Shown piece after piece: positions 1 through 13,929 of a stretch of DNA of 64,000 nt. Each line of letters opens with the position of its first letter. Within the stretch, counting starts at the first letter, position 1. A program made the position numbers and the translations under genes. Below the pieces are notes generated by a model. That model was not told the origin of the DNA and did no database searches. It saw only the letters and a program-made list of their open reading frames with translations. This DNA comes from Mobula hypostoma (Eukaryota), in the NCBI RefSeq assembly GCF_963921235.1, contig NC_086097.1:1054001-1118000 (forward strand), read 5' to 3'.

Positions 1-91
1 AGTTTTGTAGTTTTGGAAAGAAAAGGGGCAGTAATTGAAGAAGTATTAGGGCAGAGAATTCCACAGATTAACTACTCTATGCTACTCTAGA

Positions 92-2527
92 CCATAAGAT
101 ACAGAAGCAGAATTGGGCCATTTGGCCCACTGAGTTTTCTCCGCCATTTCATCATGGCTGATCCAATTTTCTACTTGGCCCTAATCTCCTGCTTTCTCCC
201 CTTATCCCTTCATGCCCAGACCAATCAAGAGTCTATCAACCTGTGACTTAAATATACATAAGGTCTTGGCTTCCACAGCTGCCCGTGGGGAGAATTCCAT
301 GGATTCACCACTCTCTGGCTAAAGAAACTCCTCCTCAGCTCCATTCTAAAAGGATGCCCCTGTATTCTGAGGCTGTGTCCTCTGGTCTTAGACTGTCCAA
401 CCATAGGAAACATCCTCTCCACATCCACTTTATCAAGGTCTTTCACCATTCAATAGGTTTCATGAGTCACCCCTCATTCTTCTGAATTCTGGTGAATACA
501 GGCCCTGAGCCATCAGACGCTCTTCATGTGACAAGCCATTCAATCCTGGAATCATTTTCGTGAACCTCCTTCGAACTCCCTCCAGTTTCAGCACATCCTT
601 TCTAAGATAAGGGGCCCAAACCTGTTCACAATACTCCAAGTGAGACATCACCGGTGTTTTATAAAGTCTCAGCGTTACATCCTTGCTTTTATATTCTAGT
701 CCTCTTGAAATGAATATTAACATCACATTTGCCTTCCTCACCACTGACTCAACCTGCCAATTAACCTTTGGGGAATTCTGCACAAGGACCCCCATGCCCC
801 TTTGTGACTCCGTTTTTTGTATTTTCTCTTCATTTAGAAAATAGTCAACCCTTTCATTTCTTTGATCAAAGTGCATGACCATATACTTCCTGACACTATA
901 TTCCATCAGCAATTTCTTTACCCATTCTCCTAATTTAAGTCCTTCTGTAGCCTTTTTACTTCTTCAAAACTACCTGCCCCCTCCACCTATGTTCATATCA
1001 TCGGCAAACTGCAACAAAGCCATCAATTGCATCATCCAAAATGGTAAAAGGAATCAGTCCCAACAAAAACCACTGTGGAACACTGCTAGGCACTGTCAGC
1101 CAACCAGAACAGACTCCCTTTATTCCCTCTCTTTGCCTCCTGCCAATCAGCCACTGCTTTATCTATGCTATAATCTTTCCTGTAACACTCTAGATTCGTA
1201 GCTTGTTAAGCAGCCTCATGTGTGGCACGTTTTCAAAGGTCTTCTGAAAATCGAAGTACACAACATTAACCAATTCTCCTTTCTCTGTTGTGCTTGTTAT
1301 TTCTTGAATAATTTGTCAGGCAAGATCTTCCCTTGAGGAAACCATGCTGACTATGACTTATTTTATCATGACACTCCGTCATCTTCCCAACCACAAAGGT
1401 CAGACTAACTGGCCTATAGTTTGCTTTCTTCTGCCCCCTCCCTTCTTGAGGAGTGGAGTGACATTTGCAATTTTTCAGTCTTCTAGAACCATTCCAGAAT
1501 GTAGTGATTCTTGAATGATCATTAATAATACCTCCATGATTTCTTCAGCCACCTCTCTTAGAACTCTGGGGTTGTACACCATCTGGTCCAGGTGACTTAC
1601 TTACCTTCAGACCTTTCTTTTTCCTAAGAATGTTCTCCCTAGTTATGGTAACTTCACAGACTTCATGCCCCTTGACACCTGGATCTTCCACCATACTGTT
1701 AGTGTCTTCCACAAGAAGACTAATGCAAAATACTTACTCAGTTCGTCTGCTGTTTTGTTGCCCCCCCATTACTACCTCTCCTGCTTTGTTTTCCAGCAGT
1801 CTGATATCCACTCTGGCCTCTCTTTTACCCTTTATGTATCAGGAGATACGTTTGGTATCCTCCTGAATATTATTGGCTAGCTTACTTTTGTATTCCATCT
1901 TTACCTTATTATTGACTTTTATAGTTGCCTTCTGTTGGTTTTTAAAAGCTTCCCAATTCTCTAACTTCCCACTAGTTTTTGCTCTATCATATGCCCTCCC
2001 TTTGGCTTTTACATTGGATTTGACTTCTCTTGTTAGCCATGGTTTTGTCATCATTGCTCTAGAATACTTCTTCTTTGGGATGTATATATCCTGTGCTTAC
2101 TGAATTGCTTCCAGAAATTCCAGCCATTGTTGCTCTGCCATCATCCCTGCCAGTGTACTGTTCCAATCAATTCTGGCCAGCTGCACTCTCATGCCTCTGT
2201 AATTCTCATGACTCCACTGTAACACTAATGCATCTGACTTTAGCTTCTCCTTCTCAAATTTCAGGATGAATTTGATCATATTATGACCACTTGTTCCTAA
2301 GGTTTCCTTTACCTTAAGCTTTCTAATCAATTCTGGTTCATTGCACAACACCTAATCCAGAATAGCTGATCCTCTGGTGGGATCAACCACAAGCTGCTCT
2401 AAAAAGCCATCTTGAAGGCACTCTAGATATTCCCCCTCCTTTAATCCCACACCAACCTGATTTTTCCAATCTGCCTGCATATTGAAGTCCCCATAATGAT
2501 TGTAACATTGCCTTTTCTATCTCCCAT
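92..2527 (-). mobile_element. CR1 LINE, degenerate (3' UTR, RT, part of the APE endonuclease)
   Basis: ORF fragments HLEYCEQVWAPYLRKD, TRGHSLRI...FFSQRVVN, EPLGTSGHNMIKF-type; CR1 3' UTR near 92-230. Confidence 0.9.
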
Positions 2528-3610
2528 TCAATCAGGCTCGTAAGGCACGACCTTCCTTTGACAAAGCTATGCTGACTATTCCTAATCATATTATGCCTCA
2601 CCAGATGTTCATAAATCCTGCCTCTCAGGATCTTTTCCATTAACTTACCAATCGCTGAAGTAAGACTCACTGGTCTATAGTTTCCTGGGCTACCCCCTAC
2701 TCCCTTTCCTGAATAAGGGAACAATATCCGCAATGCTCCAATCCTCCAAAACCTCTCCTGTCCTCATTGATGATGCAAAGATCATCACCAGAGGCTCAGC
2801 AATCTCCTCCTTCGCTCCCCACAGAAGCCTGGGGTACACCTCATCCGGTCCGGGAGACTTATCCAACTTGATGCTTTCCAAAATCTCCAACATATCCTCT
2901 TTCATAATGTCTATAGGCACAAGCTTTTCAGTCCACTGTAAGTCATCCCTACAATCGCCAAGATCCTTTTCCATCGTGAATATTGAAGCAAAGTATTCAT
3001 TAAGTATCTCTGCTGTCTGCTCCGGTTCCATACACACTTTTTCACTGTCGCACTTGATTGGTCCTATTCTCTCATGTCTTATCCTCTTGCTCTTCACATA
3101 CTTGTAGAATGCCTTGGGGTTTTCCTTAATCCTGCTCTCCAAGGCCTCCTCATGGCTCCTTCTGGCTCTCCTAATTTCATTCTTAAACTCCTTCCTGCTA
3201 GCCTTATAATCTTCTGGATCACTATCATTACCTAGTTTTTTGAACCTTTCGTAAGCATTTCTTTTCATCTTGACTAGATTTTCAACAGCCTTTTTACACC
3301 ACGGTTCCTGTACCCTACCACCCTTTTCCTGTCTCATTGGAACGTACCTATGCAGAACGCCACGCAAATATCCCCTGAACATTTGCCACATTTCTGCCAT
3401 ACACTTCCCTGAGAACATCTGTTCCCAATTTATGTTTCCAGGTTCCTGCCTGACAGCTTCATATTTCCCCTTACTCCAATTAAATGCTTTCCTAACTTGT
3501 CGTTCCTATCCCTCTCCAATGCTATGGTAAAGGAGATAGAATATCTCCAAAATGTTCTCCCACTGAGAGACCTGACATCTGACGAGGTTCATTTCTCAAT
3601 ACCAGATTGA
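2528..3610 (-). mobile_element. CR1 LINE ORF2 fragment, different subfamily
   Basis: KENPKAFYKYVKSKR, KSPGPDEVYPRLL, NYRPVSLTS, QHSFVKGRSCLTSL. Confidence 0.9.
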
Positions 3611-6270
3611 CACAATGCCTCCCATTGCCCCAGAAAAACAATCCACCACCCTCCTCTGGGTCCTAGAGACAAAAGCAGTGGGTGGTACCAGCCGGTTACA
3701 GATTATAGAGGTAACCCAGTAGACCCCCCACGTAGAGGAGGGCTGTGGTGCCTAACCCCTCCAGCAGGGAGTCAATGCACCACTGACCCACTAAGAGGCC
3801 AGTTGACCCTTGCAGAGGATGCAGCCGAATAGATCTGCTGGCACTTCTGCATCCTCTGCAAGTCAACAGGGTCAGTGACCATGAGGAGGACATCGTCAGT
3901 GTAAGCCAAAAGGATGACCTCCATGCACGGTTTGCGTAAAACCAAACCTATCAGCTCCTTACAGAGAAAGGACAGGAATGGCTCCATGCTGAGTACAACT
4001 GCCCAGACTTGGGGCACCTCTGACACACCCACCTCCCAAAGTGCAAGGGCACTGCCAAGAACCCATTAACTTTAACAAGGCACTCTGTAGCAGCGTACAA
4101 TGGTCGGACATGGGCCACAAAATATGGAAGCCAGAACACATGCAGGTTCCCAAAAAAAGGTATTCATAGTTTACCATGTCAAATGCCTTCTCCTGGTTAA
4201 GGGACAGAAAAGCGATGGTCAGACCATCCTCAAGGGACAAGTGAATCAGCTCCCAGTCAAGGTGGATACTGTCCTGGATGTACCGTTATAGGGCCATGTA
4301 GGACTGGTCAGGATGGACTACTTGAGCCAGCACTGAGCTCGATGATTGAGCATCGCCCTGGCAAGCATTTTATACTCCACACCAATTCTTTAGGCAATGA
4401 AGACCCCTTGCTTTTTTTTTGGCAACAGGGCTACAACTGCTCTGCGCTAAGAGAGGGGCATCTCACTACTCGCCAGGCTTTCCCCCAATACTCTGGTATA
4501 ATCAAGCCCCAGGATGTCCCAGAAGGTTCAGAGGAATTCTACTGTCAGACCGTCCATCCCTAGAAACTTGCCTCCCTGTAGCTGGTTGAGGGCACTGGTC
4601 AGCTTTTCCAAAGATAGTGGAACATCTATCAACAAACAAGAGAAAATCTGCAGATGCTGGAAATCCAAGAAACAGACACAAAATGCTGGAGTAACTCAGC
4701 AGGCCAGGCAGCATCTATGGAAAAGAGTACAGTTGACGTTGTGGGCCGCGACCCTTTGGCAGGACTCAGCATCTAGCCATCCAGCTCTCCCAGTGGCTAA
4801 CCCTTCCGGAAGTCCTCCCACAGATAGATGGGTCCAGTGAAAACAGAGCCTCATAAAAGGACCTTGGCTAAAATTTTCACTGGATCCATGACAGAGGACC
4901 TGTCTGCAGACACTTCGAGCCTTCTCGAGAGAATAGAAGAGTGAGAAGGGTGAGGCAACCTCACAAAAGCATCTCAGGACCTCTTGAGCTGCAGATGCCT
5001 CAGAGGAGCAGATGTCCAATGATCAGCCCCAGCCCAGACTCCAATCAGCTCTTCTTAGCTGCTCAATCCCAGACTCCTGCTGCTTAGTTGACCAACATGC
5101 AAAACAACTGGATATGAGCCTTGCCCACATCCCACCAGAGTCTCAGGGAGGAGAAAACTCCCCAGTCCTTTCCTCCAGGTTCTCCAAAAATGACAAAACG
5201 ACTACTGGAAGTGGCCATCCACCAGCCAGCAGTTGGAATGCCGGTTTGCGGACCGCACCTGTATAGGCAGTGGATTGAGCTCTGCCAAAACCAAGTGGTG
5301 GTCCGAGCACACAACCAGCAACATGGAGGCTGCTGACACCCGTAAGGTGTGTGCCCTGGAGATAAACAGGTGATCAGTCTGCGAGCCTTCACCCCTTCCA
5401 GAACTCCTTGAGAAAGCACAGGAGTCGGGGTGAAGGCTCCACCAGACAACTACCAATTCAAAGGACACAACCAACTCTCTTAATTTCAGCACCAATGCTC
5501 AGTTACTCTGGGGTTGGAGTGACTTTTGGACTCCCTTTTGTTTCTTCTTTTTCTTTACCTTGCTACCCATTACCAGGACCCAACCCTCACCACCATCCAT
5601 GCCAGAACCATCCTCAACTTCCACCGCCACTAGAATGGAAGTGGGTGGGGGGAACAGGGACAGCAGGGGAAGGCCAAGTGTTGCCGCCCTGGTCTCTGCG
5701 GTAGAGTTGGCAGCCTGGCAGTTCAGGCAATTCTTTTGAATATGCCCAAACTCTTTGCAGGCATGGCATCACGGACAGCCCATAGTCTAAGGAATAGTGT
5801 AATAATGCCCCTCAAATTGTACCTGAGAGTGTCCCTCAGCATCCCCACTCAGCTCCAGCTGCACAGGCAGGTGGTGCTGAAAGGATAAAGGGTGGTCAAA
5901 ACTCCGCAGTGGTGCCCCGTACCGCACTGGGGCTAATTCTGATTGCACCTCACCCAGGAATGAAGGTGGGGTAGGAGGCCACGTCAGGAATATAGGGGTG
6001 GGCCCCACAGAATACAACCATCTGCACGGGTGCCAGAAGACTCCACCTGCATGAAAACCTTCCTCATCCTTAACCCCTACTAAGGGGCAGGAACACATCT
6101 CTCACAGACCAAAGATAGAAAATGGTCTTGCTGTACAATGTACTGAAGTAGGAACAGTACATTACACAGCTTTTTTCCAAAGTCAGCCTTTTGAAAGGCT
6201 AACCCTCTTCACGAGTTGCAAGTCCAGAAACCACAGCCTCTGCATATGACTTCAATGCTGACATCTTAGA
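3611..6270 (-). mobile_element. Tx1-type (L1 clade) non-LTR retrotransposon, heavily decayed: ORF1 with CCHC zinc knuckle plus ORF2 APE/RT pieces
   Basis: CHACKEFGHIQKNC (CX2CX4HX4C, ~5727-5768), LSFQHH...EGHSQVQFEGHYYTI, LRLWWDVGKAHIQLFC, FYSLEK, LSLNQEKAFDMVNYEYL, LLAYTDDVLL...YSAASSARVNW. Confidence 0.8.
4630..4766 (-). mobile_element. Penelope-like element 3' terminal fragment inserted in the Tx1 element (degenerate hammerhead)
   Basis: Reverse complement resembles the PLE terminus at 45820-45955. Confidence 0.8.
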
Positions 6271-6319
6271 GCTGCTGCCTGTCAAGACAATCACTACGCA
6301 ATCTAACATGATGCTTCAG

Positions 6320-7047
6320 AATATAGCAATAATGGCAAGACTCTTGGCAGTGTGGAGGATCACAGGGATCTTGGGATCCGAGTCCATAAGACATTCAAAG
6401 CTGCTACGCAGGTTGACTCTGTGGTTAAGAAGGGATACAGTGTATTGGCCTTCATCAATCGTGGGATTGAGTTTAAGAGCCAAGAGGCAGCTATATAGGA
6501 CCCTGGTCAGACCCCACTTGGAGTACTGTGCTCAGTTCTGGTCACCTCACTACAGGAAGGACGTGGAAACCATAGAAAGGGTGCAGAGGAGATTTACAAG
6601 GATGTTGCCTGGATTGGGGAGTATGCCTTACGAGAATAGGTTGAGTGAAATCAGCTTTTTCTCCTTGGAGTGATGGAGGATGAGAGGTGACCTGATAGAG
6701 ATGTACAAGATAATGACAGGCATTGATCGTGTGGATAGTCGGAGGCTTTTCCCCAGGGCTGAAATGGCTAGCATGAGAGGGCATAGTTTTAAGGTGCTTG
6801 GTAGTAGGTACAGAGGAGCTGTCAGGGGTAAGTTTTTTTTACACAGAGAGTGGTGAGCGTATGGAATGGGCTGCCGGCGGCAGTAGTGGAAGCAGAAATG
6901 ATAGGGTCTTTAAAGAGACTCCTGGATGGATACAGAGAGCTTAGAAAAATAGAGGACTATGGGTAAGCCTAGGTAAGGTAAGGACATGTTCGGCGCAGCT
7001 TTGGGGCCGAAGGGCCTGTATTGTGCTGTAGGTTTTCTATGTTTCTT
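6320..7047 (+). mobile_element. CR1 LINE 3' fragment
   Basis: LYRTLVRPHLEYCAQFWSPHYRKD; tail ttttctatgtttct. Confidence 0.9.
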
Positions 7048-8099
7048 ACCACCACTGGGATTATACACCTGTATACCACCAGGGATGAGGGATGGGCTCC
7101 GCCAGGTTTCAGATGCCCAAGACACGCCGCATGATGAGGACACCAAAAAGCTGGTGCAAAGCTTGTCATAACAGCGCCCCGATAACTCCAGCAGGAGTTA
7201 AGGGTGCAAGAAGAAGAAGAAATACCTCCGGGGAACACCAGCAAACAGGACAGTTCAGAGAGGGGAAGGAAAATAGGAATTATCTGTGCAGAGACGTCTG
7301 TGCGGTGGAAAAATCTTCAGTCCTGCTGCGAAAATGAAGGCATCCCCCAGGCCACTCTTCCTCTGGACAGCAGAGTCCAAAATCCTTTTCACCCATTGTG
7401 CAGTGTACCTACTTCAGTTGGTAGGAATGGCACTTTAAAAGCCAAGGCTGATATTGTGAGGAGTCATGAATGTGTTGCTGCGTCTTGGGCTAGGAACTCC
7501 AAATGACAGGGGTGGATGGTCTCTGCTATTACAAACAGAATAAATCTGTCCCTGCTCCTGACAAAGTTTAAGAAATGAACCTTGGCAATCTGCCAGCTGC
7601 TGCCACTCAGCACTCAAAAGACAAGACTGAAAACTTTACTAAGCAGAATCCATACAGGAAGAGAAACTGCTCTGGTCCACTGCCAAGCTGAGACTCCACT
7701 CTACCAAAACCTTCTCTAAACTTGCTCTTTTGGATATTTCCACAGTTTTCCAACTTTAGGAGGGAGTTTGTACAGTATGACCCTCCTTCAGTTGCTGCCC
7801 CCCCCCACACAATCTGACCTTTCCACAGTGTGACTCCACCCCCCCCCACCTTCCCCTATACTGACCCTGCCCCTATTAGATCAGTATTCTGGAATTATGA
7901 GCAGAGGTGTTTTGCTGAGTCTGGTGAAGTGAGACAACAGTAAACAATACCCAGACACAAGCTAGTATCCTATACACTGAGCCCAGCTCACAACCTATCA
8001 GTATCATCCACACCATAAACACAAATTGTAATCAGGGCAGCAAGATAAAGCATTAATAATTGACAATTCCGTTATTATTTTATTCAGACTAATAGTGAC

Positions 8100-9315
8100 T
8101 CAACACGGCAACAGACTCTTTGACCACACTGGTCCATGCTGACCGTAATGCCGACTTACACTAATTCTATTTGCTTTATTCAGCCCGTATCTCTCTTAAT
8201 CTTTCCCATTTGTATACCTGAGTAAATGTCATTCAAACGTTATGTTTGTACCTACCTTGATTATGTCCTCTTCCACTTCACGGAGTGTTCATATGCTCAC
8301 CACCTTCTATGAAAAACTAGCCCCTTAGATTCCTTTTGAATCTATTCCCTCTCACCTTAAACCTGTGGTGTCTGTCTGTCTGTCTGTGTCTTGTTTTACG
8401 GCGGTTGGCATCCAGCTTAATGGTGCATTACCGCCACCCTCTGCTCCAGAATGTGCACTAGACATACATTCTAAATCCCTTCACCCAATCTCACACACAT
8501 ATATACAAACCTACACTTCACCCTCCCATCTTTGACCATCCTAGTATCCTATTCCTGTTTATTCATCATATTCTATAAAAAACCCCCGTACCCCTTAAAA
8601 ACGCTAAAAATACCCGGACTTGTGCTCTCTCACCCATGCCCAGCAAAAACCTGTGGTGTCTAGCTTCAGAATCTCTTAAACTAGGAAAAAGATTGTGACC
8701 ATCTGCTCCCCCTCAGAATTTTATAATTAGAATGGAACTAATAATGAGATCCCCTTATCCTTCTGAATTCAATCAAGTAGATGATGAACTCGAGACATCA
8801 AAAGCTCTTTATACATTAACACTTTCATTCCCAGTATCATTCTTGTGAGCTTCCTCTGGACCTTCTCCAGGACCAGCACATCTTCCTTTAAACTATAGGG
8901 CCCGAAACTGCTCACATTACCAAATATGGTCTGACCAATGACTTATAAAGACTCAGTATTACATCCTTGCTTTTACATTCAAATCCTCTCAAAATGAATG
9001 CCAACATCGCATTTGCTTTCATTACCACTGACTCAGTTCCCCTATTTAAACTCAAGGGAATACTGAACAAAGATTCCCAAGTCCCTTTGCACCTCTGATT
9101 TATGAATTCTCCTCCCATTTAGAAAATAGTCTATGCCTTTATTACCTCTACCAAGTTCCAAACCTCATACCTCCCACCTCCCTACACTGTAATCCATCTG
9201 CCACTTCTTTGCCCATTCTCCCAATCTGTCGAAGTCCATCTGCAGATTCCCTGCTTCTCAACATTACCTGCCCCTCCATCTATCTTTGTATCATCTGCAG
9301 ACTTGGCCACAAAGC
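8100..9315 (-). mobile_element. Old CR1 fragments
   Basis: KANAMLAFILRG, LYKSLVRPYL and CR1 3' region similarity. Confidence 0.7.
8374..8646 (-). mobile_element. 5'-truncated I/Nimb-like LINE 3' end with (CAGA)n tail and 15-bp TSD, inside an old CR1 fragment
   Basis: TSD aaacctgtggtgtct at 8359-8373 and 8647-8661; ORF end FLAFLRGTGVFYRI*; 3' motif ggtggcggtaatgcacc...gccaaccgcc. The clade call is from recalled resemblance. Confidence 0.7.
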
Positions 9316-9619
9316 TTCTACTTTCTTCCTTTTTTCCCAAAAAAAGTTTTAACATTTTGTTTTTTCTTCTTATTATTGATATATTGTTTAGCTTTGTTAA
9401 TCAGTTATTTGATGATTTAATTCTTATTGTACATATTCATATGTTGATTTGATTAAATGTATTTTTTGTTGATTTTCAATAATAATTAATAAAAAAGATT
9501 TTAAAATTAAAATGAAAGTTTCAGCTTTATTTCCTTCACCCAGTTTATTAATGTAGAAAATGAAACTCCACTAGTCACCAATAGCCACCCTGAATTCCTT
9601 AATTCCCAGAACTAGCACC

Positions 9620-11345
9620 ATTGTTGTTTGTCCTCTATATCAACGATCTGGATAATAATGGGATAGAACAAAGGGATCAGGGAATACAGGTCCACGATTC
9701 ATTGAAAGTGGCATCACAGGTAGATGGGGTCGTAAAGAAAACTTTTGGCACAGTGGCGTTGATAAATCAGACTACTGAATACAGGAGATGGGATGTTATG
9801 TTGAAGTTGTACGAGACATTGGTGAGTCCTAATTTGGAGTACTGTGTGCAGTTTTGGTCACCTATTTACAGGAAACATGTAAACAAGGTTGAAAGAGTGT
9901 AGAGAAAATTTACAAGGATGTTGCCAGGTCTGGAGGATCTGAGTTATAGGGATGGGAGACGCCAGAGAGTAGGGGTGGATAACTGTGTGTCAGATTGGAG
10001 GACAGTGTGTAGCGGTGTGCCTCAGGGATCTGTACTGGGTCCAATGTTGTTTGTCATATACATTAATGATCTGGATGATGGGGTGGTAAATCGGATGAGT
10101 AAGTACGCAGATGATACTAAGATAGGTGGCGTTGTGGATAATGAAGTAGGTTTTCAAAGCTTGCAGAGAGATTTAGGCCAGTTAGAAGAATGGGCTGAAA
10201 GATGGCAGATGGAGTTTAATGCTGAAAAATGTGAGGTGCTACATTTTGGTAGGACTAATCAAAATAGGACATACATGGTAAATGGTAGGGCGTTGAAGAA
10301 TGCAGTAGAACAGAGGGATCTAGGAATAATGGTGCATAGTTCCCTGAAAGTGGAATCTCATGTGGATAGGGTGGTGAAGAAAGGTTTTGGTATGCTGGCC
10401 TTTATTAATCAGAGCATTGAGTATAGCAGTTGGGATGTAACGTTGAAATTGTATAAGGCATTGGTGAGGCCAAATTTGGAGTATTGTGTACAGTTCTGGT
10501 CACCGAATTATAGGAATGATGTCAATAAAATTGAGAAAGTACAGAGGAGATTTACTAAAACGTTGCCTGGGTTTCATCTCCTAAGTTACAGAGAAAGGTT
10601 GAACAAGTTAAGTCTTTATTCTTTGGAGCGTAGAAGGTTGAGAGGGGACTTGATCGAGGTATTTAAAATTATGAGGGGAATAGATAGAGTTGATATGGAT
10701 AGGCTTTTTCCATTGGGGGGGGAGATTCAAACAAGAGGACATGAGTTGAGAGTTAAAGGGCAAAAGTTTAGGGGTAACATTAGGGAGAACTTCTTTACTC
10801 AGAGTGTGGTAGCTGTATGGGATGAGCTTCCAGCAGAAGTGGTTGAGGCAGGTTCGATGTTGTTGTTTAAAGTTAAATTGGATAGATATATGGACAGGAA
10901 AGGAATGGAGGGTTACGGGCTGATTGAAGGTCAGTGGGACTAGGTGAGAGTACTAGTTCGGCATGGACTAGAAGGGCTAAGATGGCCTGTTTCTGTGCTG
11001 TAATTGTTATATGGTTTATATGGTTATAAGAAAGATTGAACAGGTTAAGAATTTATTCCTTGGAAAGTAGAATATCGAGGGGATTAAGGGTGAAAGGTGA
11101 AAAGTTTAAAGGGAACTTGAGGGGAACTTCTTCACTCAGAGGGTGGTGAGAGTGTGAAATGAGGTGCCAGTGCAAGTGGTGCACACGAGCTCGATTTCAA
11201 CATTTAAGAGAAGTCTGGATAGGTACATGAATGGAAGAGATATGGAGGGCCACAGTGCAGGTCGATGGGTGTAGGCAGTTCAAATGGTTTGGCATGGACC
11301 AGATGGGCTGAAAGACCCGTTTCTGTGCCATATTCTTCTCTGACT
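9620..11345 (+). mobile_element. CR1 3' fragment interrupted by a younger CR1 3' part (~9950-11027)
   Basis: 341-aa ORF with SGVPQGSVLGP, KYADDTK, LVRPNLEYCVQFW; (ttatatgg)n-type tail at ~11007-11027, after which the host resumes. Confidence 0.9.
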
Positions 11346-11519
11346 CTATTCTCTGACTTCTGCCAATCAGCCAATCCTCTATCCATGCTAGTATCTTTCC
11401 TGTAATGCAATGGGCTCTTCTTGTCTAGCAGCCTCATGTGTGGCAAAGGCCTTCTGAAAATCACATCTACCGACTTTCCTTTGTCTATCCTGCAAGTTAC
11501 TTCCTCAAACCGGAAGACC

Positions 11520-12975
11520 ACAGTCTGTGCGGATTGGTGATAACATATCCTCCTCGTTGACGATCAACACTGGTTGACCTCAGGGGTGTGTGCTTAGCCC
11601 ACTGCTCTACTCTCCTGGTCAGGTCACTCGTCTGAGTGCTACTGGTACCATGTAACCCAGTACTACCTGTTGCATGGTCGGGTTGTCGGTGACTAAACCA
11701 GCTCCCCTACCAGGCTTGCCTGGTGAGGAGGGTGGCTAGACACCCTGCAGGACGAAAAACAAGTCCTGTCAAAGGGCAGATGAACCCTCTCGTAGGGTCA
11801 ACGGCCATCTAGCAAACACGTGCTGTGAAGCACAGAAAGGGCATCCCTTGCATCGAAGCTTGGTCTGGCTATTCACTGCGACAGACCCCACCATGCCGCT
11901 GGATCCGGGAGGGGATGTCGAGAGGGTGGGTCTGGACCTGTGCAACCCCCCTACTCACCTAAAATCCATTCATGCACATGCTGTTCCTTTCTGAGGAGTG
12001 GAGTATCCCACCCCACTAACTGATTGAAAGGAATCATCATCATCCTATGGGATGGATAGCCAGAGAGAGAGAGAGACAGACAGACGGACTGTCTATATAC
12101 ACGTGACTGTGTGGCTAGGCTCAAATACCATTGATAAATTTGCTGATGATACAACCATCATTGGTAGGATCTCAGGTGGTGACAAGAGGGTGTACAGGAG
12201 TGAGATATGCCAACTAGTGGAGTGGTGCCACAGCAACAACCTGGCACTCAATGTCAGTTAGACGAAAGAGCTGATTGTGGACTTGAGGAAGGGCAAGACC
12301 AAGGAACACACACCAATCCTCACAGAGGGATCAGAAGCGGAGAGAGTGAGCAGTTTCAAGTTCCTGGGTGTCAAGTTCTCTGAGGATCTAACCTGGTCCC
12401 AACTTAACCATGCAGCTATAAAGAAAGCAAGACAGTGACTATACTTCACTAGGAGTCTGAAGAGATTTGGTATGTCAACAAAAAGACTCAACAACGTCTA
12501 TAGATGTACTGTAGAGAGGCTGCATCACTGTCTGGTGTGGGTGGGGGCTGCTGCACAGGATGAAAGAAGTTGCAGAAATTTAGTCGGATCTATCTTGGGT
12601 ACTAGCCTACTAGTCTCAGAAAGGCAGCATCCATTAACAAGGACCTTCAGCACCCAGGGCTGCCCTTTTCTCACTGTAACCATCAGGTAGGAGGTACAGA
12701 AGCCTGAAGGCACACACTCAGCAATCCAGGAACAGCTTCTTTCCTTCTGCCATCCGATTCCTAAATGGACATTGAACTCTTGAACACTACCTCACTTTTT
12801 TAATATATATTATTTCTGCTTGTTTGCACAATTTTTAATCTATTCAATGTACGTATACTGTAATTGATTTACTTATTTTTTTTCTTCTATATTATGTATT
12901 GCATTGAACTGCTGTTGCTAAGTTAACAAATTTCACGACACGTCAGTGATAATAAACCTGATTCTGATTCTGTTT
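11520..12975 (+). mobile_element. Rex1/Babar-like LINE 3' part
   Basis: [22 protein letters not shown], WCHSNNLALNVSxTKELIVD; tail aataaacctgattctgattct; a second tail copy ends near 13177. Confidence 0.8.
11615..12092 (+). mobile_element. Short non-coding retroposon (possibly RTE-derived) inserted into the Rex1-like element, with an (AG)n/(AGAC)n tail
   Basis: Interrupts ctgctctactctc|tatatac...gactgtgtggctagg of the host; microsatellite tail; several internal hairpins. Confidence 0.55.
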
Positions 12976-13773
12976 CTTGAAAGATTACTTTTGCACGTTT
13001 TTTAATAATCTATTCAATATGTGTAATTTACTTTTTATTATTATGTTTTATTTTATTTATTATTATTTTTTTTTTCTGTCTCTGCTAGATTATGTATTGC
13101 TAGATTTTGTTAACTTAACTGCTGCTAAGTTAACAAATTTCACGTCACATGCCGGTGATAATAAACCGGATTCTGATAAAAATGCCTTCACAATCTAATC
13201 AGCTATCTCCATCTACCAATCCCTTCCACACTTCTCCAGCTGACCTAGATCCCGTTGTAACCTTACACAACCTTCTTCAATGTCGCTCCAATATTCTTGT
13301 GCAAATCATTAATACTGATGTGGAATACTAGAAGACGCAGCACCCTGTATCACGAGTCACAAGTTCCCAATCTGAAAAGCAACCCTGATCACAACTATCT
13401 GTCTTCTGTCAACTTAATTTTGTATCCAATTGGCTATCTCCACAGATGTGATGTGATTTAACCCTCTGGATGAGCCTACCTTGTCAAAGGCTTTGCAGAA
13501 GTACAGATTGACAATGCACTTCAACCTCCTTATCAATTTTTCTGGTCACCACTTCAAAAAAGTTCCAACTAATTTGTGAAACATGATCTCCCATGATCAA
13601 CTATGCTGACTATCCTGAATCAATCACTGTCTGTCCAAATCAAAATGAACTCTGTTCTTCAGAATCCCATCCACTAACGATGCCAGGCTTGCTGTCCCAT
13701 TGTTCCCTAGCTTGTCCCTGTAGCCATTCCGAACTAAAGAAAGAACACCAGAATCCCTCCACAACTTCACTCA

Positions 13774-13920
<147 letters not shown>

Positions 13921-13929
13921 TCAGAACCT

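Noticed and set aside
7895..7945. Acceptor-like site (ctcacttcaccag|ACTCA) as a candidate next MLH3 exon
   Set aside because: In the required phase it reads DSAKHLCS then a stop and lacks similarity to the expected exon; the next exon is probably outside the window.
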